A stretch of DNA of 64,000 nt from Eledone cirrhosa (taxonomy: Eukaryota), in the NCBI GenBank assembly GCA_964016885.1, contig OZ024743.1, forward strand, positions 136,896,001 through 136,960,000, read 5' to 3'. Below the pieces are notes generated by a model. That model was not told where the DNA came from. It did no database searches and was given only the letters and a program-made list of their open reading frames with translations. Of this stretch, positions 48,678-61,300 are shown piece by piece. A program made the translations under genes and the position numbers. Each line of letters opens with the position of its first letter. Within the stretch, counting starts at the first letter, position 1.

Positions 48678-51600
48678 TTGGTGCTTGGTGTTTGGTGTTT
48701 GGTGCTTGGTGTTTGGTGTTTGGTGCTTGGTGTTTGGTGCTTTTTGCTTGGTGCTTGGTGCTTGGTGTTTGGTGCTGGGTGCTTGGTGCTTGGTGTTTGG
48801 TGTTATATGCTTGGTGTTTGATGCTTGGTGCTTGGTGCTTGGTGTTTGGTGTTTGGTGCTTGGTGTTTGATGCTTGGTGCTTGGTGCTTGGTGTTTGGTG
48901 TTTGGTGCTGGGTGTTTGGTGCTTGGTGCTTGGTGTTTGGTGCTTGGTGTTTGGTGCTTGGTGTTTGGTGCTTGGTGCTTGTTGCTTGGTGCTTGGTGTT
49001 TGGTGTTTGGTGCTTGGTGTTTGGTGCTTGGTGTTAGGTGTTTGGTGCTTGGTGCTTGGTGTCTGGTTTTTGGTGCTTGGTGCTTGGTGTTTGGTGCTTG
49101 CTGCTGGCTGCTTGGTGTTTGGTGCTTGGTGATTGGTGCTTGGTGTTTGGTGTTTGGTGCTAGGTGCTTGGTGTTTGGTGCTTGGTGCTTGGTGTTTGGT
49201 GCTTGGTGCTTGGTGTTTGGTGCTTGGTGTTTGGTGCTTGGTGTTTGGTGCTTGGTGCTTGGTGCTTGGTGTTTGGTGCTTGGTGTTTGGTGCTTGGTGT
49301 TAGGTGTTTGGTGCTTGGTGCTTGGTGTTTGGTGTTTGGTGCTTGGTGTTTGGTGTTTGGTGTTATATGCTTGGTGTTTGATGCTTGGTGCTTGGTGCTT
49401 GGTGTTTGGTGCTTGGTGCTTGGTGTTTGTACTTGGTGCTTGGTGCTTGGTTCTTGGTGTTTGGTTCTTGGTGTTTGGTGTTTGGTGCTTGGTGTTTGGT
49501 GTTTGGAGTTATATGCTTGGTGTTTGATGCTTGGTGCTTGGTGCTTGGTGTTTGGTGCTTGGTGTTTGATGCTTGGTGCTTGGTGCTTGGTGTTTGGTGC
49601 TTGGTGCTTGGTGTTTGTACTTGGTGCTTGGTGCTTGGTTCTTGGTGTTTGGTGCTTGGTGCTTGGTGTTTGGTGCTTGGTGCTTGGTGTTTGGTGCTTG
49701 GTGTTTGGTGCTTGGTGTTTGGTGCTTGGTGCTTGGTGCTTAGTGCTTGGTGTTTGGTGCTTGGTGTTAGGTGTTTGGTGCTTGGTGCTTGGTGTTTGGT
49801 ATTTGGTGCTTGGTGTTTGGTGCTTGGTGTTTGGTGTTAGGTGTTTGGTGCTTGGTGTTTGGTGTTTGGTTCTTGGTGTTTGGTGCTTGGTGTTTGGTGC
49901 TTGGTGTTTGGTGCTTGGTACTTGGTGCTTGGTGCTTCGTGTTAGGTGTTTTGTGCTTGGTGCTTGGTGTTTGGTTTTTGGTGCTTGGTGCTTGGTGTTT
50001 GGTGTTTGGTGCTTGCTGCTGGCTGCTTGGTGTTTGATGCTTGGTGATTGGTGCTTGGTGTTTTGTGCTTGGTGTTTGGTGTTTGGTGCTAGGTGCTTGG
50101 TGTTTGGTGCTTGGTGCTTGGTGCTTGGTGTTTGGTGTTTGGTTTTAGGTGCTTGGTGCTTGGTGTTTGGTGCTTGGTGCTGGGTGGTTGGTGTTTAGTG
50201 CTTGGTGTTTGGTGCTGGGTGCTTGGTGTTTGGTGCTTGGTGCTTGGTCTTTGGTGCTTGGTGTTTGGTGTTTGGTGCTTGGTGCTTGGTGCTTGGTGTT
50301 TGGTGCTTGGTGCTTGGTGTTTGGTGCTTGGTGCTTAGTGTTTGGTGCTTGGTGCTTAGTGTTTGGTGTTTGGTGCTTGGTGCTTGGTGTTTGGTGCTTA
50401 CTGTTTGGTGCTTGGTGCTTGGTGTTTGGTGTTTGCTGTTTGCTGTTTGGTGTTTGTTGTTTGGTGTTTGTTGTTTGGTGTTTGCTGTTTGGTGTTTGGT
50501 GTTTGCTTTTTGGTGTTTGGTGTTTGCTGTATGTTGTTTGGTGTTTGGTGTTTGGTGTTTGGTGTTTGGTGCTTGTTGCTTGGTGTTTGGTGCTTGGTGC
50601 TTGGTGTTTGGTGCCTGGTGCTTGGTGCTTGGTGCTTGGTGTTTGGTGTTTGGTGCTTGGTGCTTGGAGTTTGGTGGTTGGTGCTTGGTGCTTGGTGTTT
50701 CGTGTTTCGTGTTTGGTTTTTGGTGCTTGGTGCTTGGTGCTTGGTCCTTGGTGTTTGGTGCTGGGTGCATTGTGTTTGGTGCTTGGTGCTTGGTGCTTGG
50801 TGTTTGGTGTTTGCTGCTTGGTGTTTGATGCTTGGTGCTTGGTGGTTGGTGTTTTGTGTTTGGTGCTTGGTGTTTGGTGTTTGGTGCTTGGTGTTTGGTG
50901 TTTGGTGCTTGGTGTTTGGTGCTTTTTGCTTGGTGCTTGGTGCTTGGTGTTTGGTGCTGGGTGCTTGGTGCTTGGTGTTTGGTGTTATATGCTTGGTGTT
51001 TGATGCTTGGTGCTTGGTGCTTGGTGTTTGGTGTTTGGTGCTTGGTGTTTGATGCTTGGTGCTTGGTGCTTGGTGTTTGGTGTTTGGTGCTGGGTGTTTG
51101 GTGCTTGGTGCTTGGTGTTTGGTGCTTGGTGTTTGGTGCTTGGTGTTTGGTGCTTGGTGCTTGTTGCTTGGTGCTTGGTGTTTGGTGTTTGGTGCTTGGT
51201 GTTTGGTGCTTGGTGTTAGGTGTTTGGTGCTTGGTGCTTGGTGTCTGGTTTTTGGTGCTTGGTGCTTGGTGTTTGGTGCTTGCTGCTGGCTGCTTGGTGT
51301 TTGGTGCTTGGTGATTGGTGCTTGGTGTTTGGTGTTTGGTGCTAGGTGCTTGGTGTTTGGTGCTTGGTGCTTGGTGTTTGGTGCTTGGTGCTTGGTGTTT
51401 GGTGCTTGGTGTTTGGTGCTTGGTGTTTGGTGCTTGGTGCTTGGTGCTTGGTGTTTGGTGCTTGGTGTTTGGTGCTTGGTGTTAGGTGTTTGGTGCTTGG
51501 TGCTTGGTGTTTGGTGTTTGGTGCTTGGTGTTTGGTGTTTGGTGTTATATGCTTGGTGTTTGATGCTTGGTGCTTGGTGCTTGGTGTTTGGTGCTTGGTG

Positions 51601-53055
51601 CTTGGTGTTTGTACTTGGTGCTTGGTGCTTGGTTCTTGGTGTTTGGTTCTTGGTGTTTGGTGTTTGGTGCTTGGTGTTTGGTGTTTGGAGTTATATGCTT
51701 GGTGTTTGATGCTTGGTGCTTGGTGCTTGGTGTTTGGTGCTTGGTGTTTGATGCTTGGTGCTTGGTGCTTGGTGTTTGGTGCTTGGTGCTTGGTGTTTGT
51801 ACTTGGTGCTTGGTGCTTGGTTCTTGGTGTTTGGTGCTTGGTGCTTGGTGTTTGGTGCTTGGTGCTTGGTGTTTGGTGCTTGGTGTTTGGTGCTTGGTGT
51901 TTGGTGCTTGGTGCTTGGTGCTTAGTGCTTGGTGTTTGGTGCTTGGTGTTAGGTGTTTGGTGCTTGGTGCTTGGTGTTTGGTATTTGGTGCTTGGTGTTT
52001 GGTGCTTGGTGTTTGGTGTTAGGTGTTTGGTGCTTGGTGTTTGGTGTTTGGTTCTTGGTGTTTGGTGCTTGGTGTTTGGTGCTTGGTGTTTGGTGCTTGG
52101 TACTTGGTGCTTGGTGCTTCGTGTTAGGTGTTTTGTGCTTGGTGCTTGGTGTTTGGTTTTTGGTGCTTGGTGCTTGGTGTTTGGTGTTTGGTGCTTGCTG
52201 CTGGCTGCTTGGTGTTTGATGCTTGGTGATTGGTGCTTGGTGTTTTGTGCTTGGTGTTTGGTGTTTGGTGCTAGCTGCTTGGTGTTTGGTGCTTGGTGCT
52301 TGTGTGCTTGGTGTTTGGTGTTTGGTTTTAGGTGCTTGGTGCTTGGTGTTTGGTGCTTGGTGCTGGGTGGTTGGTGTTTAGTGCTTGGTGTTTGGTGCTG
52401 GGTGCTTGGTGTTTGGTGCTTGGTGCTTGGTCTTTGGTGCTTGGTGTTTGGTGTTTGGTGCTTGGTGCTTGGTGCTTGGTGTTTGGTGCTTGGTGCTTGG
52501 TGTTTGGTGCTTGGTGCTTAGTGTTTGGTGCTTGGTGCTTAGTGTTTGGTGTTTGGTGCTTGGTGCTTGGTGTTTGGTGCTTACTGTTTGGTGCTTGGTG
52601 CTTGGTGTTTGGTGTTTGCTGTTTGCTGTTTGGTGTTTGTTGTTTGGTGTTTGTTGTTTGGTGTTTGCTGTTTGGTGTTTGGTGTTTGCTTTTTGGTGTT
52701 TGGTGTTTGCTGTATGTTGTTTGGTGTTTGGTGTTTGGTGTTTGGTGTTTGGTGCTTGTTGCTTGGTGTTTGGTGCTTGGTGCTTGGTGTTTGGTGCCTG
52801 GTGCTTGGTGCTTGGTGCTTGGTGTTTGGTGTTTGGTGCTTGGTGCTTGGAGTTTGGTGTTTGGTGCTTGGTGCTTGGTGTTTCGTGTTTCGTGTTTGGT
52901 TTTTGGTGCTTGGTGCTTGGTGCTTGGTCCTTGGTGTTTGGTGCTGGGTGCATTGTGTTTGGTGCTTGGTGCTTGGTGCTTGGTGTTTGGTGTTTGCTGC
53001 TTGGTGTTTGATGCTTGGTGCTTGGTGGTTGGTGTTTTGTGTTTGGTGCTTGGTG
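48678..53055. repeat. Two-copy tandem duplication, unit 2,182 bp, junction ~50860-50872
   Basis: ORF pairs 48825/51007, 49164/51346 and 49771/51953 are offset 2182. Pairs 50149/52332 and 50202/52385 are offset 2183, after a 1-bp T insertion (TTGTGTGC) at ~52303. Confidence 0.9.
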
Positions 53056-56000
53056 CTTGCTGTTTGGTGCTTGGTGCTTGGAGCTTGGTGTTTGTACTTG
53101 GTGCTTGGTGATTGGTGTTTGGTTCTTGGTTCTTGGTGTTTGGTGTTTGGCGTTTGGTGTTTGGTGTATTGGTGCTTGGTGTTTGGTGCTTGGTGCTTGG
53201 TGTTTGGTGCCTGGTGCTTGGTGCTTGGTGCTTGGTGTTTGGTGTTTGGTGCTTGGTGCTTGGTGCTTGGAGTTTGGTGTTTGGTGCTTGGTGCTTTGTG
53301 TTTTGTGTTTGGTGTTTGGTTTTTGGTGCTTGGTGCTTGGTCCTTGGTGTTTGGTGCTGGGTGCTTTGTGTTTTGTGCTTGGTGCTTGGTGTTTGGTGTT
53401 TGCTGCTTGGTGTTTGATGCTTGGTGCTTGGTGCTTGGTGTTTTGTTTTTGGTGCTTGGTTCTTGGTGTTTGGTGCTTGGTGCTTGGTACTTGGTGTTTG
53501 TACTTGTTGCTTGGTGCTTGGTGTTTGGTTCTTGGTTCTTGCGTTTGGTACTTGGTGCTTGGTGCTTGATGTTTGGTGTTTGGTGCTTGGTGTTTGGTGC
53601 TTGGTACTTGGTGCATGGTGCTTGGTGTTAGGTTTTTGGTGCTTGGTGCTTGGTGTTTGGTTTTTGGTGCTTGGTGCTTGGTGTTTGGTGTTTGGTGCTT
53701 GCTGCTGGCTGCTTGGTGTTTGATGCTTGGTGATTGGTGCTTGGTGTTTTGTGCTTGGTGTTTGGTGTTTGGTGCTAGGTGCTTGGTGTTTGGTGCTTGG
53801 TGCTTGGTGCTTGGTGTTTGGTGTTTGGTGTTAGGTGCTTGATGCTTGGTGTTTGGTGCTTGGTGCTGGGTGGTTGGTGTTTAGTGCTTGGTGTTTGGTG
53901 CAGGGTGCTTGGTGTTTGGTGCTTGGTGCTTGGTCTTTGGTGCTTGGTGTTTGGTGTTTGGTGCTTGGTGCTTGGTGCTTGGTGTTTGGTGCTTGGTGCT
54001 TGGTGTTTGGTGCTTGGTGCTTAGTGTTTGGTGCTTGGTGCTTAGTGTTTGGTGCTAGGTGCTTGGTGTTTGGTGCTTGGTGCTTTGTGTGTGGTGCCTG
54101 GTGCTTGGTGTTTGGTGTTTGGTGTTTGGTGCTTGGTGCTTGGTGTTTGGTGTTTGCTGTTTGCTGTTTGGTGTTTGTTGTTTGGTGTTTGTTGTTTGGT
54201 GTTTGCTGTTTGGTGTTTGGTGTTTGCTTTTTGGTGTTTGGTGTTTGCTGTATGTTGTTTGCTGTTTGGTGTTTGGTGTTTGGTGTTTGGTGCTTGGTGC
54301 TTGGTGTTTGGTGCTTGGTGCTTGGTGTTTGGTGCCTGGTGCTTGGTGCTTGGTGCTTGGTGTTTGGTGTTTGGTGATTGGTGCTTGGAGTTTGGTGTTT
54401 GGTGCTTGGTGCTTGGTGTTTCGTGTTTCGTGTTTGGTTTTTGGTGCTTGGTGCTTGGTGCTTGGTCCTTGGTGTTTGGTGCTGGGTGCATTGTGTTTGG
54501 TACTTGGTGCTTGGTGCTTGATGTTTGGTGTTTGGTGCTTGGTGTTTGGTGCTTGGTGCTTGGTGCTTGGTGTTAGGTGTTTGGTGCTTGGTCCTTGGTG
54601 TTTGGTGCTTGGTGTTTGGTGTTTGCTGTTAGGTGTTTGGTGTTTGGTGTTTGGTGTTTGCTGTTTGGTGTCTGCTTTTTGGTGTTCAGTGTTTGCTGTA
54701 TGGTGTTTGGTGTTTGCTGTTTGGTGTTTGGTCTTTGGTGCTTGGTGTTTGGTGCTTGGTACTTGGTGTTTGGTGTTTGATGTTTGGTGCTTGGTGTTTG
54801 GTGTTTGGTGCTTGGTGTTTGGTGTTTGGTGCTTGGTGTCTGGTGCTTGGTGTTTGGTTTTTGGTGCTTGGTGTTTGGTGTTTGGTGTTTGGTGTTTGGT
54901 GTTTGGTGCTTGGTGCTTGGTGTTTGGTGTTTCGTGTTTGGTGCTTGGTGTCTGGTGCTTGGTGTTTGGTGTTTGGTGCTTGGTGTTTGGTGTTTGGTGT
55001 TTGGTGCTTGGTGCTTGGTGCGTGGTGTTTGGTGTTTGGTGCTTGGTGTTTGGTGCTTGGTGCTGGGTGGTTGGTGTTTGGTGCTTGGTGTTTGGTGCTG
55101 GGTGCTTGGTGTTTGGTGCTGGGGGCTTGGTGTTTGGTGCTTGGTGCTTGGTCTTTGCTGCTTGGTGTTTGGTGCTTGGTGCTTGGTGTTTGGTGTTTGG
55201 TGCTTGGTGCTTGGTGTTTGGTGCTTCGTGCCTGGTGTTTGGTTTTTGGTGCTTGGTGTTTGGTGTTTGGTGCTTGCTGCTGGCTGCTTGATGTTTGATG
55301 CATGGTGATTGGTGCTTGGTGTTTGGTGCTTGGTGTTTGGTGTTTGATGCTTGGTGCTTGGTGTTTGGTGATTGGTGCTTGGTGCTTGGTGCTTGGTGCT
55401 TGGTGTTTGGTGCTTGGTGCTTGGTGTTTGGTGCTTGGTGCTTGGTGTTTGGTTTTTGGTGCTTGGTGTTTGGTGTTTGGTGTTTGGTGCTTGCTGCTGG
55501 CTGCTTGGTGTTTGATGCATGGTGATTTGTGCTTGGTGTTTGGTGCTTGGTGTTTGGTGTTTGATGCTTGGTGCTTGGTGTTTGGTGTTTGATGCTTGGT
55601 GCTTGGTGCTTGGTGCTTGGTGTTTGGTGCTTGGTGTTTGGTGCTTGGTGATTGGTGTTTGTACTTGGTGCTTGGTGCTTGGTTCTTGGTGTTTGGTGCT
55701 TGGTGCTTGGTGTTTGGTGTTATATGCTTGGTGTTTGATGCTTGGTGCTTGGTGCTTGTTGTTTGGTGTTTGGTGTTGGATGCTTGGTGCTTGGTGTTTG
55801 GTGCTTGGTGCTTGGTGTTTGTACTTGGTGCTTGGTGCTTGGTGCTTGGTGTTTGGTGCTTGGTGTTTGGTGCTTGGTGTTTGGTGCTTGGTGTTACGTG
55901 TTTGGTGCTTGGTGCTTGGTGTTTGGTGTTTTGTGCTTGGTGTTTGGTGTTTGGTGCTTGGTGTTTGGTGCTTTTTGCTTGGTGCTTGGTGCTTGGTGTT

Positions 56001-58359
56001 TGGTGCTGGGTGCTTGGTGCTTGGTGTTTGGTGTTATATGCTTGGTGTTTGATGCTTGGTGCTTGGTGCTTGGTGTTGTGTGTTTGGTGCTTGGTGTTTG
56101 ATGCTTGGTGCTTGGTGCTTGGTGTTTGGTGCTTGGTGCTTGGTGTTTGGTGCTTGGTGCTTGGTGTTTGGTGCTTGGTGTTTGGTGCTTGGTGTTTGGT
56201 GCATGGTGCTTGGTGCTTGGTGCTTGGTGTTTGGTGGTTGGTGCTTGGTGTTAGGTGTTTGGTGCTTGGTGCTTGGTGTTTGGTGTTTGGTGCTTGGTGT
56301 TTGGTGTTTGGTGCTTGGTGTTTGGTGCTTGGTACTTGGTGCTTGGTGTTAGGTGTTTGGTGCTTGGTGCTTGGTGTCTGGTTTTTGGTGCTTGGTGCTT
56401 GGTGTTTGGTGCTTGCTGCTGGCTGCTTGGTGTTTGGTGCTTGGTGATTGGTGCTTGGTGTTTGGTGTTTGGTGCTAGGTGCTTGGTGTTTGGTGCTTGG
56501 TGCTTGGTGTTTGTACTTGGTGCTTGGTGCTTGGTTCTTGGTGTTTGGTGCTTGGTGCTTGGTGTTTGGTGCTTGGTGCTTGGTGTTTGGTGCTTGGTGT
56601 TTGGTGCTTGGTGTTTATTGCTTGGTGCTTGGTGCTTGGTGTTTGGTGCTTGGTGTTTGGTGCTTGGTGTTTGGTGGTTGGTGTTTGGTGTTTGGTGTTA
56701 TATGCTTGGTGTTTGATGCTTGGTGCTTGGTGCTTGGTGTTTGGTGCTTGGGGTTTGATGCTTGGTGCTTGGTGCTTGGTGTTTGGTGCTTGGTGCTTGG
56801 TGTTTGTACTTGGTGCTTGGTGCTTGGTTCTTGGTGTTTGGTGCTTGGTGTTTGGTGTTTGGTGCTTGGTGTTTGGTGTTTGGTGTTATATGCTTGGTGT
56901 TTGATGCTTGGTGCTTGGTGCTTGGTGTTTGGTGCTTGGTGTTTGATGCTTGGTGCTTGGTGCTTGGTGTTTGGTGCTTGGTGCTTGGTGTTTGGTGCTT
57001 GGTGCTTGGTGTTTGTACTTGGTGCTTGGTGCTTGGTTCTTGGTGTTTGGTGCTTGGTGCTTGGTGTTTGGTGCTTGGTGCTCGGTGTTTGGTGCTTGGT
57101 GTTTGGTGCTTGGTGTTTGGTGCTTGGTGCTTGGTGCTTAGTGCTTGGTGTTTGGTGCTTGGTGTTAGGTGTTTGGGGCTTGGTGCTTGGTGTTTGGTGT
57201 TTGGTGCTTGGTGTTTGGTGCTTGGTGTTTGGTGTTAGGTGTCTGGTGCTTGGTGTTTGATGTTTGGTGCTTGGTGTTTGGTGCTTGGTGTTTGGTGCTT
57301 GGTGTTTGGTGCTTGGTACTTGGTGCTTGGTGCTTCGTGTTAGGTGTTTGGTGCTTGGTGCTTGGTGTTTGGTTTTTGGTGCTTGGTGCTTGGTGTTTGG
57401 TGTTTGGTGCTTGCTGCTGGCTGCTTGGTCTTTGATGCTTGGTGATTGGTGCTTGGTGTTTTGTGCTTGGTGTTTGGTGTTTGGTGCTAGGTGCTTGGTG
57501 TTTGGTGCTTGGTGCTTGGTGCTTGATGTTTAGTGTTTGGTGTTAGGTGCTTGGTGCTTGGTGTTTGGTGCTTGGTGCTGGGTGGTTGGTGTTTAGTGCT
57601 TGGTGTTTGGTGCTGGGTGCTTGGTGTTTGGTGCTTGGTGCTTGGTCTTTGATGCTTGGTGTTTGGTGTTTGGTGCTTGGTGCTTGGTGCTTGGTGTTTG
57701 GTGCTTGGTGCTTGGTGTTTGGTGCTTGGTGCTTAGTGTTTGGTGCTTGGTGCTTAGTGTTTGGTGTTTGGTGCTTGGTGCTTGGTGTTTGGTGCTTACT
57801 GTTTGGTGCTTGGTGCTTGGTGTTTGGTGTTTGCTGTTTGCTGTTTGGTGTTTGTTGTTTGGTGTTTGTTGTTTGGTGTTTGCTGTTTGGTGTTTGGTGT
57901 TTGCTTTTTGGTGTTTGGTGTTTGCTGTATGTTGTTTGCTGTTTGGTGTTTGGTGTTTGGTGTTTGGTGCTTGTTGCTTGGTGTTTGGTGCTTGGTGCTT
58001 GGTGTTTGGTGCCTGGTGCTTGGTGCTTGGTGCTTGGTGTTTGGTGTTTGGTGCTTGGTGCTTGGAGTTTGGTGTTTGGTGCTTGGTGTTTCGTGTTTCG
58101 TGTTTGGTTTTTGGTGCTTGGTGCTTGGTGCTTGGTCCTTGGTGTTTGGTGCTGGGTGCATTGTGTTTGGTGCTTGGTGCTTGGTGCTTGGTGTTTGGTG
58201 TTTGCTGCTTGGTGTTTGATGCTTGGTGCTTGGTGCTTGGTGTTTTGTGTTTGGTGCTTGGTGCTTGGTGTTTGGTGCTTGGTGCTTGGTGCTTGGTGTT
58301 TGTACTTGGTGCTTGGTGATTGGTGTTTGGTTCTTGGTTCTTGGTGTTTGGTGCTTGGC

Positions 58360-61300
58360 GTTTGGTGTTTGGTGCTTGGTGCTTGGTGTTTGGTGTTTGG
58401 TGCTTGGTGCTTGGTGCTTGGAGTTTGGTGTTTGGTGCTTGGTGCTTTGTGTTTTGTGTTTGGTGTTTGGTATTTGGTGCTTGGTGCTTGGTCCTTGGTG
58501 TTTGGTGCTGGGTGCTTTGTGTTTGGTGCTTGGTGCTTGGTGTTTGGTGTTTGCTGCTTGGTGTTTGATGCTTGGTGCTTGGTGCTTGGTGTTTTGTGTT
58601 TGGTGCTTGGTTCTTGGTGTTTGGTGCTTGGTGCTTGGTACTTGGTGTTTGTACTTGGTGCTTGGTGCTTGGTGTTTGGTTCTTGGTGTTTGGTACTTGG
58701 TGCTTGGTGCTTGATGTTTGGTGTTTGGTGCTTGGTGTCTGGTGCTTGGTGTTTGGTTTTTGGTGCTTGGTGTTTGGTGTTTGGTGCTTGGTGTTTGGTG
58801 TTTGGTGTTTGGTTCTTGGTGCTTGGTGTTTGGTGTTTGGTGTTTGGTGCTTGGTGTCTGGTGCTTGGTGTTTGGTGTTTGGTGCTTGGTGTTTGGTGTT
58901 TGGTGTTTGGTGCTTGGTGCTTGGTGCTTGCTGTTTGGTGTTTGGTGCTTGGTGCTTGGTGTTTGGTGCTTGGTGCTGGGTGCTTGGTGTTTGGTGCTGG
59001 GTGCTTGGCGTTTGGTGCTTGGTGCTTGGTCTTTGGTGCTTGGTGTTTGGTGCTTGGTGCTTGGTGCTTGGTGTTTGGTGCTTGGTGCTTGGTGTTTGGT
59101 GCTTGGTGCTTGGTGTTTGGTTTTTGGTGCTTGGTGCTTGGTGTTTGGTGTTTGGTGCTTGCTGCTGGCTGCTTGGTGTTTGATGCATGGTGATTGGTGC
59201 TTGGTGTTTGGTGCTTGGTGTTTGGTGTTTGATGCTTGGTGCTTGGTGCTTGGTGTTTGGTGCTTGGTGCTTGGTGTTTGGTGCTTGGTGTTTGGTGCTT
59301 GGTGTTTGGTGCTTGGTGTTTGGTGCTTGGTGCTTGGTGCTTGGTGCTTGGTGTTTGGTGGTTGGTGCTTGGTGCTTGGTGTTAGGTGTTTGGTGCTTGG
59401 TGCTTGGTGTTTGGTGTTTGGTGCTTGGTGTTTGGTGTTTGGTGCTTGGTGTTTGGTGCTTGGTACTTGGTGCTTGGTACTTGGTGTTAGGTGTTTGGTG
59501 CTTGGTGATTGGTGTCTGGTTTTTGGTGCTTGGTGCTTGGTGTTTGTTGTTTGGTGCTTGCTGCTGGCTGCTTGGTGTTTGGTGCTTTTTTATTGGTGCT
59601 TGGTGTTTGGTGCTTGGTGCTTGGTGTTTGGTGTTTGCTGCTTGGTGTTTGATGCTTGGTGCTTGGTGCTTGGTGTTTTGTGTTTGGTGCTTGGTGTTTG
59701 TACTTGGTGCTTGGTGCTTGGTGTTTGGTTCTTGGTTCTTGGTGTTTGGTACTTGGTGCTTGATGTTTGGTGTTTGGTGCTTGGTGTTTGGTGCTTGGTG
59801 CTTGGTGCTTGGTGTTAGGTGTTTGGTGCTTGGTCCTTGGTGTTTGGTGCTTTGTGTTTGGTGTTTGCTGTTAGGTGTTTGGTGTTTGGTGTTTGGTGTT
59901 TGCTGTTTGGTGTCTGCTTTTTGGTGTTCAGTGTTTGCTGTATGGTGTTTGGTGTTTGCTGTTTGGTGTTTGGTCTTTGGTGCTTGGTGTTTGGTGCTTG
60001 GTGCTTGGTGTTTGGTGTTTGGTGTTTGGTGCTTGGTGTTTGGTGTTTGGTGCTTGGTGTTTGGTGTTTGGTACTTGGTGTCTGGTGCTTGGTGTTTGGT
60101 TTTTGGTGCTTGGTGTTTGGTGTTTGGTGTTTGGTGTTTGGTGTTTGGTGCTTGGTGCTTGGTGTTTGGTGTTTCGTGTTTGGTGCTTGGTGTCTGGTGC
60201 TTGGTGTTTGGTGTTTGGTGCTTGGTGTTTGGTGTTTGGTGTTTGGTGCTTGGTGCTTGGTGCGTGGTGTTTGGTGTTTGGTGCTTGGTGTTTGGTGCTT
60301 GGTGCTGGGTGGTTGGTGTTTGGTGCTTGGTGTTTGGTGCTGGGTGCTTGGTGTTTGGTGCTGGGGGCTTGGTGTTTGGTGCTTGGTGCTTGGTCTTTGC
60401 TGCTTGGTGTTTGGTGCTTGGTGCTTGGTGTTTGGTGTTTGGTGCTTGGTGCTTGGTGTTTGGTGCTTCGTGCTTGGTGTTTGGTTTTTGGTGCTTGGTG
60501 CTTGGTGTTTGGTGTTTGGTGCTTGCTGCTGGCTGCTTGGTGTTTGATGCATGGTGATTGGTGCTTGGTGTTTGGTGCTTGGTGTTTGGTGTTTGATGCT
60601 TGGTGCTTGGTGTTTGGTGATTGGTGCTTGGTGCTTGGTGCTTGGTGCTTGGTGTTTGGTGCTTGTAGCTTGGTGTTTGGTGCTTGGTGCTTGGTGTTTG
60701 GTTTTTGGTGCTTGGTGTTTGGTGTTTGGTGTTTGGTGCTTGCTGCTGGCTGCTTGGTGTTTGATGCATGGTGATTTGTGCTTGGTGTTTGGTGCTTGGT
60801 GTTTGGTGTTTGATGCTTGGTGCTTGGTGTTTGGTGTTTGATGCTTGGTGCTTGGTGCTTGGTGCTTGGTGTTTGGTGCTTGGTGTTTGGTGCTTGGTGA
60901 TTGGTGTTTGTACTTGGTGCTTGGTGCTTGGTTCTTGGTGTTTGGTGCTTGGTGCTTGGTGTTTGGTGTTATATGCTTGGTGTTTGATGCTTGGTGCTTG
61001 GTGCTTGGTGTTTGGTGTTTGGTGTTTGATGCTTGGTGCTTGGTGTTTGGTGCTTGGTGCTTGGTGTTTGTACTTGGTGCTTGGTGCTTGGTGCTTGGTG
61101 TTTGGTGCTTGGTGTTTGGTGCTTGGTGTTTGGTGCTTGGTGTTACGTGTTTGGTGCTTGGTGCTTGGTGTTTGGTGTTTGGTGCTTGGTGTTTGGTGTT
61201 TGGTGCTTGGTGTTTGGTGCTTTTTGCTTGGTGCTTGGTGCTTGGTGTTTGGTGCTGGGTGCTTGGTGCTTGGTGTTTGGTGTTATATGCTTGGTGTTTG

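Noticed and set aside
57593-60769. Long minus-strand ORFs (1058 aa here; 816 aa at 61283..63733; 689 aa at 39864..41933) encoding (S/N)TKHQ(A/T)P repeats
   Set aside because: The heptamer has no stop codon in any frame, and because 7 is coprime with 3 all three frames give the same 7-aa repeat. Starts and stops come only from sporadic variant monomers. There is no unique domain, signal peptide or frame preference. Ribo-seq or proteomic evidence would be needed to reconsider.
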